From Candidatus Methylomirabilota bacterium (GTDB lineage Bacteria > Methylomirabilota > Methylomirabilia > Rokubacteriales > CSP1-6), in NCBI GenBank assembly GCA_046726415.1, contig JBKPAK010000315.1, positions 1 to 10,375 on the forward strand: a stretch of DNA of 10,375 nucleotides. The letters run 5' to 3'. A program made the position numbers and the translations under genes. The notes beneath the pieces are model-generated. The model did no database searches. It worked only from the letters and a program-made list of their open reading frames with translations, and was not told the origin of the DNA. The stretch's first letter is position 1, and each line of letters opens with the position of its first letter. Positions 1 through 7,508 of this stretch are shown piece by piece.

Positions 1-436
1 GCATCAGGACGAGCCGGTCATCGGGGATGGAGGGGCGAGCATCGACGATCACCAAGCCCCGCACTCGATCCGGGTACCAGGCCGAAAAGGACATGGCATT
101 GTGACCGCCCATGGAGTGGCCGATCACTACTATGTCCTTCCAGGGCGAGGGCGTCCATAACAGCGAGGAGGTCGCGGGCGAAGTCCTCAGTGGCGTAGGC
201 GCCAGTCTCGGGCCAGTCGCTCAGGCCGTGCCCGCGCTGGTCGAGGGAGACGACGTGAACCGATCCACGAAGGGTCCCGTTACTTCGTCGAACCAGTGGG
301 CATGGGCGGCACCGCCGTGCAGGGAGCAAAGCGTCGGGCGCCCCGGCACACCCCACTCGAGGAGATGCAAGGAGAGGCCCTGGGCGCGGATTTTTCGACT
401 CCGCGCCCGAGCACAAGCGAATCGATGAGTGGTCAT
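1..436 (-). pseudogene. Alpha/beta-fold hydrolase, N-terminal part, interrupted by two compensating frameshifts (or sequencing indels); runs off the left edge
   Basis: Three segments join into one hydrolase. ATG436 ...GLSLHLLEWGVPGRPTLCSLHGGAAHAHWFDEVTGPFVDRF, then a shift at ~258 to HVVSLDQRGHGLSDWPETGAYATEDFARDLLAVMDAL, then a shift at ~143 back to the original frame KDIVVIGHSMGGHNAMSFSAWYPDRVRGLVIVD. HG oxyanion, DxRGHG and GHSMG nucleophile motifs are all present. Confidence 0.85.
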
Positions 437-442
437 GCGGCG

Positions 443-448
443 ATTGTA
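443..448 (-). promoter_or_regulatory. -10 box (TACAAT) of a probable leaderless transcript
   Basis: TACAAT lies 6 nt upstream of ATG436; no Shine-Dalgarno adjacent to the start. Confidence 0.55.
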
Positions 449-503
449 CGCGGGAGGAGAAATTTCTTTGCGCCACGACCAGCAAGCGAGTAGCGTGCAG
501 CCA

Positions 504-2069
504 ATGTCCCACCTTGAGCGACTGCGAGTGAGCGTCGCGACGCGACGACGCTGGCTCCAGATCGCTCTCGCCGCCCTGCTTGTCCTGGTCGGCGCTGCGG
601 CCATCGGCGCGCACCTCCTCCGGCCGCTTCCACTTCGGGCGACCACGCTGGCCTTCAACGGGGAAGCCGACGCCCAGCCGACCGTTCCGCCCCCGGTAGC
701 CTCGGTCTCCGATAGCGGCGCGACGGACGCCATGCCGAAGGAGGGCCCACCGCCGTCCGCCATCACGGAGCCGCCGCCGAGCCTGGGGAGCCTCACCCCA
801 GTGCCACCGGCTCCCGAGGTGACTCCCGGCGGGCCGGCGAGCCCGCCCTCGCATCTGCGATTGGTCACCGGGCGGGTGCTCGACGCCGGTCGCAAGCCCA
901 TCGCCGGAGCGTCCGTCATCGCGAATGGGCTCGAGCATCGGACCGATGCGCAGGGAATCTTCACGATCGACGCGCTTCCTACCGGGAGCGGGCTGCTCGT
1001 CAAGGCGCCCGGATTCCACCGAGCCACGGTCGATCCGGCGGCCGCCGCGCTGAACGTCGTCCTCAAGGAGCACGCGGTCAAGGGAGCCTACCTCACCTAT
1101 TACGGAATCAACGACAAGACGATCCGCGGACGCGTGTTCGACCTGGTGGCCCGCACGGAGCTGAACGCTGTCGTCATCGACGTCAAGGGCGACCGCGGGC
1201 TCATCCCCTACGCCACTGACGTGGCCCTAGCTCGCGAGGCAGGCGCCCAGGGCCCGGTCATGCTGAAGGACATCGAGGGCATGCTTGGCGACCTCAAGGC
1301 GCGCGGCGTCTACACCATAGCGCGGGTGGTGGTGTTCAAGGACAACGTGCTGGCCGGTCATCGCCGTGACCTTGCCATCATCGACACTCGCACCGGCCGC
1401 CCGTGGATCGACAACGAGAAACTGGCTTGGGTGGATCCCTTTCGCCAGGAGGTCTGGACCTACAACATCGCCATTGCCAAGGAGGCGGTGCGCAAGGGCT
1501 TCGACGAGGTTCAGTTCGACTACGTCCGCTTCCCCACCGACGGGCGGCTGTCCGCCGCGCGCTACTCCAAGGCAAACACGAAGGAGACCCGCCTGCCCGC
1601 AGTCGCCGGCTTCCTGGAGCGCGCGCGCCGCGAGCTGGGCGCCATGGGCGCTTTCGTGGGCGCCGACATTTTCGGCTATACCGCCTTTAACGAGAACGAC
1701 ACCGATATCGGCCAGCGGATCGAGGAGCTGGCTCCGCATGTCGACTACCTCTGTCCGATGGTGTACCCCTCCGGCTATCACCTGGGGATTCCGGGCACCC
1801 GGAATCCAGTGACCAACCCCTACCGCGTAGTCTTCGAGAGCGTGCGGCTGACCCGCCAGCGGGCCAGCCACGCCGGGACCCGTATCCGCCCCTGGCTCCA
1901 GGACTTCAAGGACTACGCCTTCGACAAGCGCATTTTTGGCCCTGCCGAGGTGCGCGCCCAGATCAAGGCCGCCCAGGAGGCGGGTGCCATCGGATGGATG
2001 GTGTGGAATCCCAAGAACGACTACACGGGCAGTGCCCTCGCCCCTGAGAGGTCTCTCGCCGCCCGGTGA
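504..2069 (+). CDS. Membrane-anchored putative glycoside hydrolase (DUF4015-like TIM barrel) with Pro-rich linker and carboxypeptidase-regulatory-like beta-sandwich domain
   Basis: N-terminal RRRW plus hydrophobic helix; Pro-rich linker; VTGRVLDAGRKPIAGASV...TDAQGIFTI (CarboxypepD_reg-like). KGAYLT, LNAVVIDVKGD, IARVVVFKD, WVDPF, GFDEVQFDYVRFP, CPMVYPS and RPWLQDF are typical of DUF4015. ORF is open from 429; ATG504 preferred (TAGCGT 7 nt upstream, avoids overlap with the divergent gene). Confidence 0.85.
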   Translation: MSHLERLRVSVATRRRWLQIALAALLVLVGAAAIGAHLLRPLPLRATTLAFNGEADAQPTVPPPVASVSDSGATDAMPKEGPPPSAITEPPPSLGSLTPVPPAPEVTPGGPASPPSHLRLVTGRVLDAGRKPIAGASVIANGLEHRTDAQGIFTIDALPTGSGLLVKAPGFHRATVDPAAAALNVVLKEHAVKGAYLTYYGINDKTIRGRVFDLVARTELNAVVIDVKGDRGLIPYATDVALAREAGAQGPVMLKDIEGMLGDLKARGVYTIARVVVFKDNVLAGHRRDLAIIDTRTGRPWIDNEKLAWVDPFRQEVWTYNIAIAKEAVRKGFDEVQFDYVRFPTDGRLSAARYSKANTKETRLPAVAGFLERARRELGAMGAFVGADIFGYTAFNENDTDIGQRIEELAPHVDYLCPMVYPSGYHLGIPGTRNPVTNPYRVVFESVRLTRQRASHAGTRIRPWLQDFKDYAFDKRIFGPAEVRAQIKAAQEAGAIGWMVWNPKNDYTGSALAPERSLAAR

Positions 2070-3016
2070 CCCTGCTCCTGGCTCTTCTCACGCTGCTCCT
2101 TCTCCCCGCTGGCTCCGCGCTGGCCGAGCCGCGGCGCTCCAACGAGCTGGGGCGCGTGATGATCCTCGAGTACCACAAGATCGACTATCCGGAGGAGCGG
2201 TGGACCCGCACTCCCGAGAACTTCCGGCGCGATCTCCAGAGACTCTATGACGCGGGCTATCGACTGATCGGCCTCAACGCGTTGCTGGATGGCCGCATCA
2301 CCATGCCCGCAGGTACGTCACCCGTCGTCCTGACGTTCGATGACTCCTCGCCCGGGCAGTTCCGCTATCTCACCGCGAATGGGGTCTCGCGCATCGATCC
2401 GAAATCCGCGGTCGGCATCCTCGAGGCCTTCGCTCAGGAGCACCCCGACTTCGGCATGGTGGCCACGTTCTTTGTTCTGCCCGGAGCCAGTCGCCCCAAC
2501 CGTCTCTTCGACCAGCCGGAGTACGAAGGCCGCAAGCTCCAGTACCTGGCGGGCCGGGGCTTCGAGATCGGCAATCATACGCTCTGGCATGCCAACCTCG
2601 GCAAGTACGATGAGCGAACGGTGCGGACCCAGATCGCCAAGGCCCAGCAGTGGATCCAGCGCCACGTTCCCGACTACCGCATCCGCGCCCTGGCCCTGCC
2701 CCACGGCGTGTATCCACGAGACGTTCGGTGGGCACTGGACGGGACGGCGAAAGGCGCCAGTTACCATCACGACGCCATCCTGATGGTCGCCGGCGGCGCC
2801 GCGCCATCAACGTTTGCACGAACCTTCGATCCAGTCCGGCTGCCGCGCATCCAGGCCCTGCAGCGCGACCTGGACCACTGGTTGGCTTACTTCGAGCATC
2901 ATCGGGATGAGCGCTTCGTGAGCGATGGCGACCCCACGATCATCACTATCCCTGCCGGCCAGCGCCCCAAGCTCCGCGCGCCGTTGCCTGCCGGCCTCCG
3001 CGTGGTCGAACGCTGA
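2066..3016 (+). CDS. Secreted polysaccharide deacetylase (NodB/CE4 family)
   Basis: Signal peptide ending ALA; ILEYHKI, VVLTFDDS (motif 1), ATFFV, FEIGNHTLWH (metal-binding His pair), ALPHG, LPRI. GTGA overlap with the upstream stop. Confidence 0.9.
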   Translation: MTLLLALLTLLLLPAGSALAEPRRSNELGRVMILEYHKIDYPEERWTRTPENFRRDLQRLYDAGYRLIGLNALLDGRITMPAGTSPVVLTFDDSSPGQFRYLTANGVSRIDPKSAVGILEAFAQEHPDFGMVATFFVLPGASRPNRLFDQPEYEGRKLQYLAGRGFEIGNHTLWHANLGKYDERTVRTQIAKAQQWIQRHVPDYRIRALALPHGVYPRDVRWALDGTAKGASYHHDAILMVAGGAAPSTFARTFDPVRLPRIQALQRDLDHWLAYFEHHRDERFVSDGDPTIITIPAGQRPKLRAPLPAGLRVVER

Positions 3017-3056
3017 ACCAGGCAGCGTCCTGACTAGCCGCAAGAACCCGACCCAT

Positions 3057-3405
3057 GAGGCGAGGCCGAAGCAACTCCCCGCGCCGGGGAGCAGGGGGCG
3101 ACGAGGCGACCACGAGCGAACACCGCCCCAGCCGCCGCGCGGGGGCGAGGGGCGAGGCAGGACCGAACACGCCCCGGCCGCCAAGCAAGGGGCGATGAGG
3201 CGAGCTACGAGCGAAACACCCCTGCCGCCTAGCAGGGGTTGACGAGGCGAGGCCGGATTGAACACGCCAGCCGCGACGAGGGCCGGATTCAACACGCCGG
3301 TGCCGCCGAGCGGGGCCGATGGGGCGAGGCAGGAGTGGACGCGCCCCTGCCGCCGAGGAGGAGTTGTGAGGCGAGGCAGGAGCGAACGCTCCCCTCGCCG
3401 TCGCC
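3057..3405. repeat. Degenerate tandem array of ~47-bp hairpin-containing units (7 units, one with an internal 30-bp duplication)
   Basis: Units begin GAGGCGA/GGGGCGA at 3057, 3103, 3149, 3197, 3244, 3321 and 3368 (spacings 46, 46, 48, 47, 77, 47). Approximate consensus GAGGCGAGGCAGGAGCGAACACGCCCCTGCCGCCNAGCAGGGGCGAY. Confidence 0.85.
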
Positions 3406-3423
3406 AAATTAGCGATGGGGGGT

Positions 3424-3454
3424 GTTGGGGGGAGCGGTGCTCGCTCCCCCCAAC
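3424..3454. terminator. Perfect 13-bp GC-rich hairpin (terminator or REP-like) between convergent genes
   Basis: GTTGGGGGGAGCG-gtgct-CGCTCCCCCCAAC, 2 nt beyond the namZ-fusion stop codon; no strong U-tract. Confidence 0.6.
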
Positions 3455-3456
3455 TA

Positions 3457-5832
3457 TTATCGATAAATGAGATACGACGCCCGGCGGTTCAGGAAGCTCG
3501 CGCGATCGCTATTCGCCCAGGCCAGGATGCGGTCAAGCGCCTCACCTCTCAAGAAGGCCCACATGGTCGACCGGTTGACGAGGAGGTTTTGGATGGCCTC
3601 AGGCTTGAACTGGTGGCGATGACGCTCGCGTAGCGCGCTGGCCAGGGCCAGGCCCACGGTCACCGGCCGAACCGCGTCGCGGTCGGTGACTACCAGGCGG
3701 ATCCCGCTGCAGGCGACATGGGCGTAGGTGCTGGCGGTTGGCGCAAATGAGATCGGCTCGAAGCGGATTCCCGCCAATTGCATCCGGTTGAGGGCATCAG
3801 CCAACCCGGCCGACTCGATCCACGGAGCACCCACGACCTCGAACGGCATGTCCGTTCCCCGTCCCACCGACAGGTTGGTGGCCTCGAGAAGGCCGATGCC
3901 CGAGTAGAGTAGCGCCTGGGTCACCGAGCGGATGTTCGGCGAGGGGTTGACCCATGGCAGTCCCGTCTCGTCGTACCAGCGGTTCCGATCCCAGCCCTCG
4001 AGGGGTACAACCGCGAGCGATACCCCTATTTTTTTCTCCGCCGCCGCCATACGCGCGAACTCGCCAATGGTCATTCCGGTGCGCACGGGAAGGGGGTGCG
4101 GTGCGGTAAAAGACTGCAGATCGCGGTCCATCAGCGGCCCCTCCACCACGCGGCCGGTGATAGGGTTGGGTCGGTCGAGAACGATCACGGGGATGCGCCG
4201 CGCCGCAGCCTCCTCCATCACGTAGACCAGAGTCGTCAGATACGTGTAGTAGCGGGCGCCGACGTCCTGGATGTCGAACACGAGGACGTCGACGTCCTTG
4301 AGCATGGCGGCATTGGGGCGAAGGGTTGGGCCGTAGAGGCTCCAGATCGGCACACCGCTGGCGACGTCCCGGCCGTGGGGGATCTTGGCATCCACCTGCC
4401 CGGTCATCCCGTGCTCCGGAGTGAAGATCGCGGTCAGGCGCACGCCCGAGGCCGCCGCGAGGAAATCGATGGCGCGCCGCCCGCGTGCGTCCACGCTCGT
4501 CTGATTGGTGACGAGGCCGACAGACTGCCCCGCGAGTCGGGCAAATCGCTCCTCCACCAACACATCGAGTCCCGACTTCACCCTCCCCGTAGGCGAGGCA
4601 CTGAGGGTCGCGTTTGCGGCCGAGGGCATGATCTCGATGGGCCGGTCGTCTGGGGGGCCGTCTCCGGCCGCCGGGGCCGCTGGCGCGACCGCCACCCCGG
4701 GTGGAGGGCCGGCGAAGAGCACCGCGCCCGTGGCGGCAGTCACCCGCGTCCGGAACTCTCGGATGTAGGCCGCGCCCCCGCCCGAAGGGTGTACGCGATT
4801 GGTCAAGACGATCAGGTAGGCGCGGCTCGTCGGGTCGATCCACACCGAGGTACCAGTAAAGCCGGTGTGACCGACCGATCCTTCGGGGAAGAAAGGGGCC
4901 ATGCCCGAGGCGTAGCCGGAGACCATGTCCCAGCCGAGGGCACGCGTGCCGTTGCCCTCGGCGGAACGCGTCCACATGGCGCGAATGGTCTCCGCGCGCA
5001 GGTAGCGGCGGCCGCTCAGCATGCCACCGTCCACCAGCATCTGGCACAGGCGCCCGAGATCGGGCGCGGTCGAGAAAAGACCTGCGTGGCCGGCTAGGCC
5101 CCCCAGGATTCGCGCCCGCGGATCGTGCACGACGCCTTGGAGCATCTGGCCATTGAACCGCTCGGTGGGCGCGATGCGGTCGCGGACCTTCGCCGAGGGC
5201 CGAAAGGATGTGTCCCGAAGCCCCATCGGCTTGAAGAACACCCGCTCTAGATAGCGATCGAGCGGCTCCCCACTCGCGCGACGCACCACCTCTCCCAGGA
5301 GCATGAACCCCACGTCGCTGTACTGGAAGGCCGTGCTGGGCGCCGAGTCCAGCTTCACCTGGGCCAAGGCCTGCGCCGCGCGCGGAAAACCGCCGGCCAG
5401 GGTCCCGTCGGGCACGATGGCCGGGAACCCCGCGCTGTGGGTGAGCATGCGGCGGACGGTCACGTCCTTGAACGCCGCGGCGCGGAACTCGGGCAGATAC
5501 TGGCCCAGAGGCGCGTCCAGCGAGATCGCGTTACGCTCGACCAGTGACATGATAGCCAGCGTGGTTCCGAGCGGCTTGGTGAGCGAGGCAATGTCGAAGA
5601 TCGTGGTCGGAGCCATGGGCGCAGCCTCTGGCACCAGGGCGCGCTGGCCGAAGGCCTGAAGCGAAACGACCTCCCTACCCTGTCCAACGAGGATGACCGC
5701 TCCGGGCAGCTCACCGGCGGCTATGGCCTGACGGGCAATGGCTTCCACGTCCGGAAAGCTGAGTGGAGCCGGCTCGGCCGGGCGGGTGAGCATGACCAGA
5801 ACCACCAGGGCCAAGGCGAGTCGGCACAGCAC
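3457..5832 (-). CDS. namZ: Secreted fusion: beta-lactamase-fold serine hydrolase (AmiE-like) plus exo-beta-N-acetylmuramidase NamZ (DUF1343)
   Basis: Signal peptide. N-domain has FDIASLTK (SxxK), LTHSAG, FQYSD, GHAGLFS and GHTGFTG. A Pro/Ala linker lies at ~4590-4710. C-domain has GLDVL, GLVTNQT, PEHG, DIQDVGARYYTY, LDRPNP, PSPN and EATNLSVGRGT, characteristic of DUF1343/NamZ. Confidence 0.92.
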   Translation of the reverse strand: MLCRLALALVVLVMLTRPAEPAPLSFPDVEAIARQAIAAGELPGAVILVGQGREVVSLQAFGQRALVPEAAPMAPTTIFDIASLTKPLGTTLAIMSLVERNAISLDAPLGQYLPEFRAAAFKDVTVRRMLTHSAGFPAIVPDGTLAGGFPRAAQALAQVKLDSAPSTAFQYSDVGFMLLGEVVRRASGEPLDRYLERVFFKPMGLRDTSFRPSAKVRDRIAPTERFNGQMLQGVVHDPRARILGGLAGHAGLFSTAPDLGRLCQMLVDGGMLSGRRYLRAETIRAMWTRSAEGNGTRALGWDMVSGYASGMAPFFPEGSVGHTGFTGTSVWIDPTSRAYLIVLTNRVHPSGGGAAYIREFRTRVTAATGAVLFAGPPPGVAVAPAAPAAGDGPPDDRPIEIMPSAANATLSASPTGRVKSGLDVLVEERFARLAGQSVGLVTNQTSVDARGRRAIDFLAAASGVRLTAIFTPEHGMTGQVDAKIPHGRDVASGVPIWSLYGPTLRPNAAMLKDVDVLVFDIQDVGARYYTYLTTLVYVMEEAAARRIPVIVLDRPNPITGRVVEGPLMDRDLQSFTAPHPLPVRTGMTIGEFARMAAAEKKIGVSLAVVPLEGWDRNRWYDETGLPWVNPSPNIRSVTQALLYSGIGLLEATNLSVGRGTDMPFEVVGAPWIESAGLADALNRMQLAGIRFEPISFAPTASTYAHVACSGIRLVVTDRDAVRPVTVGLALASALRERHRHQFKPEAIQNLLVNRSTMWAFLRGEALDRILAWANSDRASFLNRRASYLIYR

Positions 5833-5879
5833 GCGTCGATCCTATCACCCACTCCCAGACGAGGCGTATGATTAGGCGC
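5833..5879. promoter_or_regulatory. Back-to-back -10 boxes for two probable leaderless transcripts
   Basis: Minus strand: TGA-TAGGAT (hexamer 5844-5839), 6 nt before GTG5832. Plus strand: TATGAT (5867-5872), 7 nt before GTG5880. Confidence 0.55.
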
Positions 5880-6785
5880 GTGGGCACCGTCCAGACGGTG
5901 TTCGTGACCGGAGCGACCGGCTTTGTAGGCCGGGCGGTCGTCCATGCACTTCGGGCTGATGGGCTGAAGGTCCGCTGCCTCGTCCGACGCGGATCCGAGC
6001 GCGACCTGCGGGGGCTCGAGGCCATCGAGCGCGTGGAGGGCAATGTCCTTGTCAGGCAGACCCTCGATGAGGGCATCCGCGGGTGTGATGCGGTGGTGCA
6101 CCTGGTTGGTATCATCCGCGAGCACCGCGGCCGGGGGATCACCTTCGGGCGCCTCCACGTCGACGGGACGCTGAACGTCCTCGCGGCAGCGACCGCGGCA
6201 GGCGTCCGACGGTACCTCCACATGAGCGCGCTAGGGACGTCGGCGACCGCGCGTTCTCGCTACCACCAGACGAAGTGGCTGGCCGAGGAGGCCGTGCGGG
6301 CTAGCGCACTGTCCTGGACGATCTTCCGGCCCTCGGTGATCTACGGCAAAGGCGACGGCCTCGTGTCGATGCTGGCGCAGATGGTGTCCCGTCTGCCTGT
6401 CGTCCCCGTGATCGGTGAGGGACGCCAGAAGTTCCAACCGATACCGGTGGAGCAGGTGGCGGAGGGCTTCCGGGGCGCCTTGACGCGTCCAGACACGGTC
6501 AAGCAAACCTACGAGGTGGGAGGGCCGGACGCGGTTTCGATGGTCGAGCTGATCGACGCCATTGGCAAAACACTCGGGCATGCCCACATTCGGAAGATCC
6601 ACATGCCGATCCGGCTTATGCGCATCGCGGCCGGCCTCCTGCAGACGATCCCATCGTTCCCGCTCACCACCGATCAGATCACCATGCTCGACGCGAACAA
6701 CACCTGCGATCCGACCCCATTCTTCCGAACATTCGGGTTGACCCCTCTGCCCCTCAAGCTCGGGCTCGAGCGGATTCTCAGTTGA
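5880..6785 (+). CDS. NAD(P)-binding atypical SDR, complex I NDUFA9-like / NAD-dependent epimerase family
   Basis: VFVTGATGFVG Rossmann motif, CDAVVHLVGII, HMSALG, YHQTK (YxxxK), IFRPSVIYG, YEVGGPD. ORF is open from ATG5868; GTG5880 preferred because ATG5868 lies inside a -10 box. Confidence 0.9.
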   Translation: MGTVQTVFVTGATGFVGRAVVHALRADGLKVRCLVRRGSERDLRGLEAIERVEGNVLVRQTLDEGIRGCDAVVHLVGIIREHRGRGITFGRLHVDGTLNVLAAATAAGVRRYLHMSALGTSATARSRYHQTKWLAEEAVRASALSWTIFRPSVIYGKGDGLVSMLAQMVSRLPVVPVIGEGRQKFQPIPVEQVAEGFRGALTRPDTVKQTYEVGGPDAVSMVELIDAIGKTLGHAHIRKIHMPIRLMRIAAGLLQTIPSFPLTTDQITMLDANNTCDPTPFFRTFGLTPLPLKLGLERILS

Positions 6786-6797
6786 GGGGATCGGTGG

Positions 6798-7238
6798 ATG
6801 CCCTTCCGCGATCGAGGCGGGGGTGACCTCGCCAGCCGCATCGACACCGAGATTCGGGAGCGCCTCGAGGAGGCGCTCGATGCCGCTTGCCTCGAGATCC
6901 TAGTTGCCACCCGGCAGGCCCAGCAGCTGCCGCCGCCCGCGGCCGACAGTGAGCACGACCGAGCGGCGTACGAGGTGGAGGTCCGGCAGCTCCTGGAGCG
7001 GCTCGACGCTCACTTCCTCCCGCTCGTCAGCGAGGAGCTCCGAGGCAAGACAAGGGACGCAGGGCTAAGTGGGCGCGACCCGCAGGCCCGGCTGATGGCC
7101 GTCCAGGTCATGCTCGCCAAGGAGCTTCCGGACTACTGGCAGCAGTTCGACGCCGTCAGGCAGGACTACGCCGGCGGCCGCTCCGCGTCACGCGGCGAGA
7201 GCCGGGGATTTCTCCGGCGCCTCTTCGGACTGGGCTGA
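6798..7238 (+). CDS. Hypothetical helical protein with C-terminal amphipathic membrane-targeting-like helix
   Basis: GAGGGG SD-like sequence upstream of ATG6798, 12 nt after the SDR stop; GC3-rich codons; ends ESRGFLRRLFGLG. Confidence 0.75.
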   Translation: MPFRDRGGGDLASRIDTEIRERLEEALDAACLEILVATRQAQQLPPPAADSEHDRAAYEVEVRQLLERLDAHFLPLVSEELRGKTRDAGLSGRDPQARLMAVQVMLAKELPDYWQQFDAVRQDYAGGRSASRGESRGFLRRLFGLG

Positions 7239-7478
7239 CCGCCACGCGGCCAGCGCCCAGAGGTTCTCGAGGTCATCCAGCGCGCGATGCCAGCGTCCGT
7301 ACTGCTCGACAAGCGAGCCGCGGATGCCGGCCAGGATCGTTTCTGCCTCGTCGAGTCGGGCGTTCAAGGTCGGATTGAGCGCGCGCATCCGATCGATGCC
7401 CCCGTCGGGCACCGAGGTGGCCAGACGATCCATACACCGCGTGATCTCATCGTGCAGCAGACGCTCCATCGGGTTCAT
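7188..7478 (-). CDS. Small (96 aa) helical/coiled-coil hypothetical protein ending in ALAA
   Basis: Strong SD GGAGGT just before ATG7478 and its own sigma70 promoter upstream; MNPMERLLHDEI...EKSPALAA; 51-bp convergent overlap with 6798..7238. Confidence 0.75.
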   Translation of the reverse strand: MNPMERLLHDEITRCMDRLATSVPDGGIDRMRALNPTLNARLDEAETILAGIRGSLVEQYGRWHRALDDLENLWALAAWRSAQSEEAPEKSPALAA

Positions 7479-7508
7479 CGGTACCTCCACCCCAATTACC
7501 GGGAAGCT

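Noticed and set aside
140..260. Programmed ribosomal frameshifting in the hydrolase
   Set aside because: No canonical slippery heptamer, and two opposite shifts would be needed.
18..1081. Long minus-strand ORFs 18..1073 and 221..1081 as full genes
   Set aside because: Only their parts below 436 match a hydrolase; the rest is antisense shadow of the DUF4015 gene.
3057..3405. CRISPR array
   Set aside because: Units are homologous along their whole length and degenerate; there is no identical repeat/unique spacer alternation and no cas genes.
2807..3633. ORFs crossing the repeat array (2807..3295-, 2925..3242+, 2946..3407-, 3258..3470+, 3415..3633+)
   Set aside because: Low-complexity Arg/Pro/Gly translations that overlap real genes; the 46-48 bp period does not keep a frame, and openness is explained by GC-rich, T-poor sequence.
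3797..5659. Alternative-frame and antisense ORFs inside the namZ fusion (e.g. 3797..5047-, 4096..5097+)
   Set aside because: Typical high-GC shadow ORFs without motifs.
4720..5760. Antibiotic-resistance beta-lactamase
   Set aside because: Fold-level similarity only; YSD/HTG motifs and fusion to NamZ point to a cell-wall amidase/esterase.
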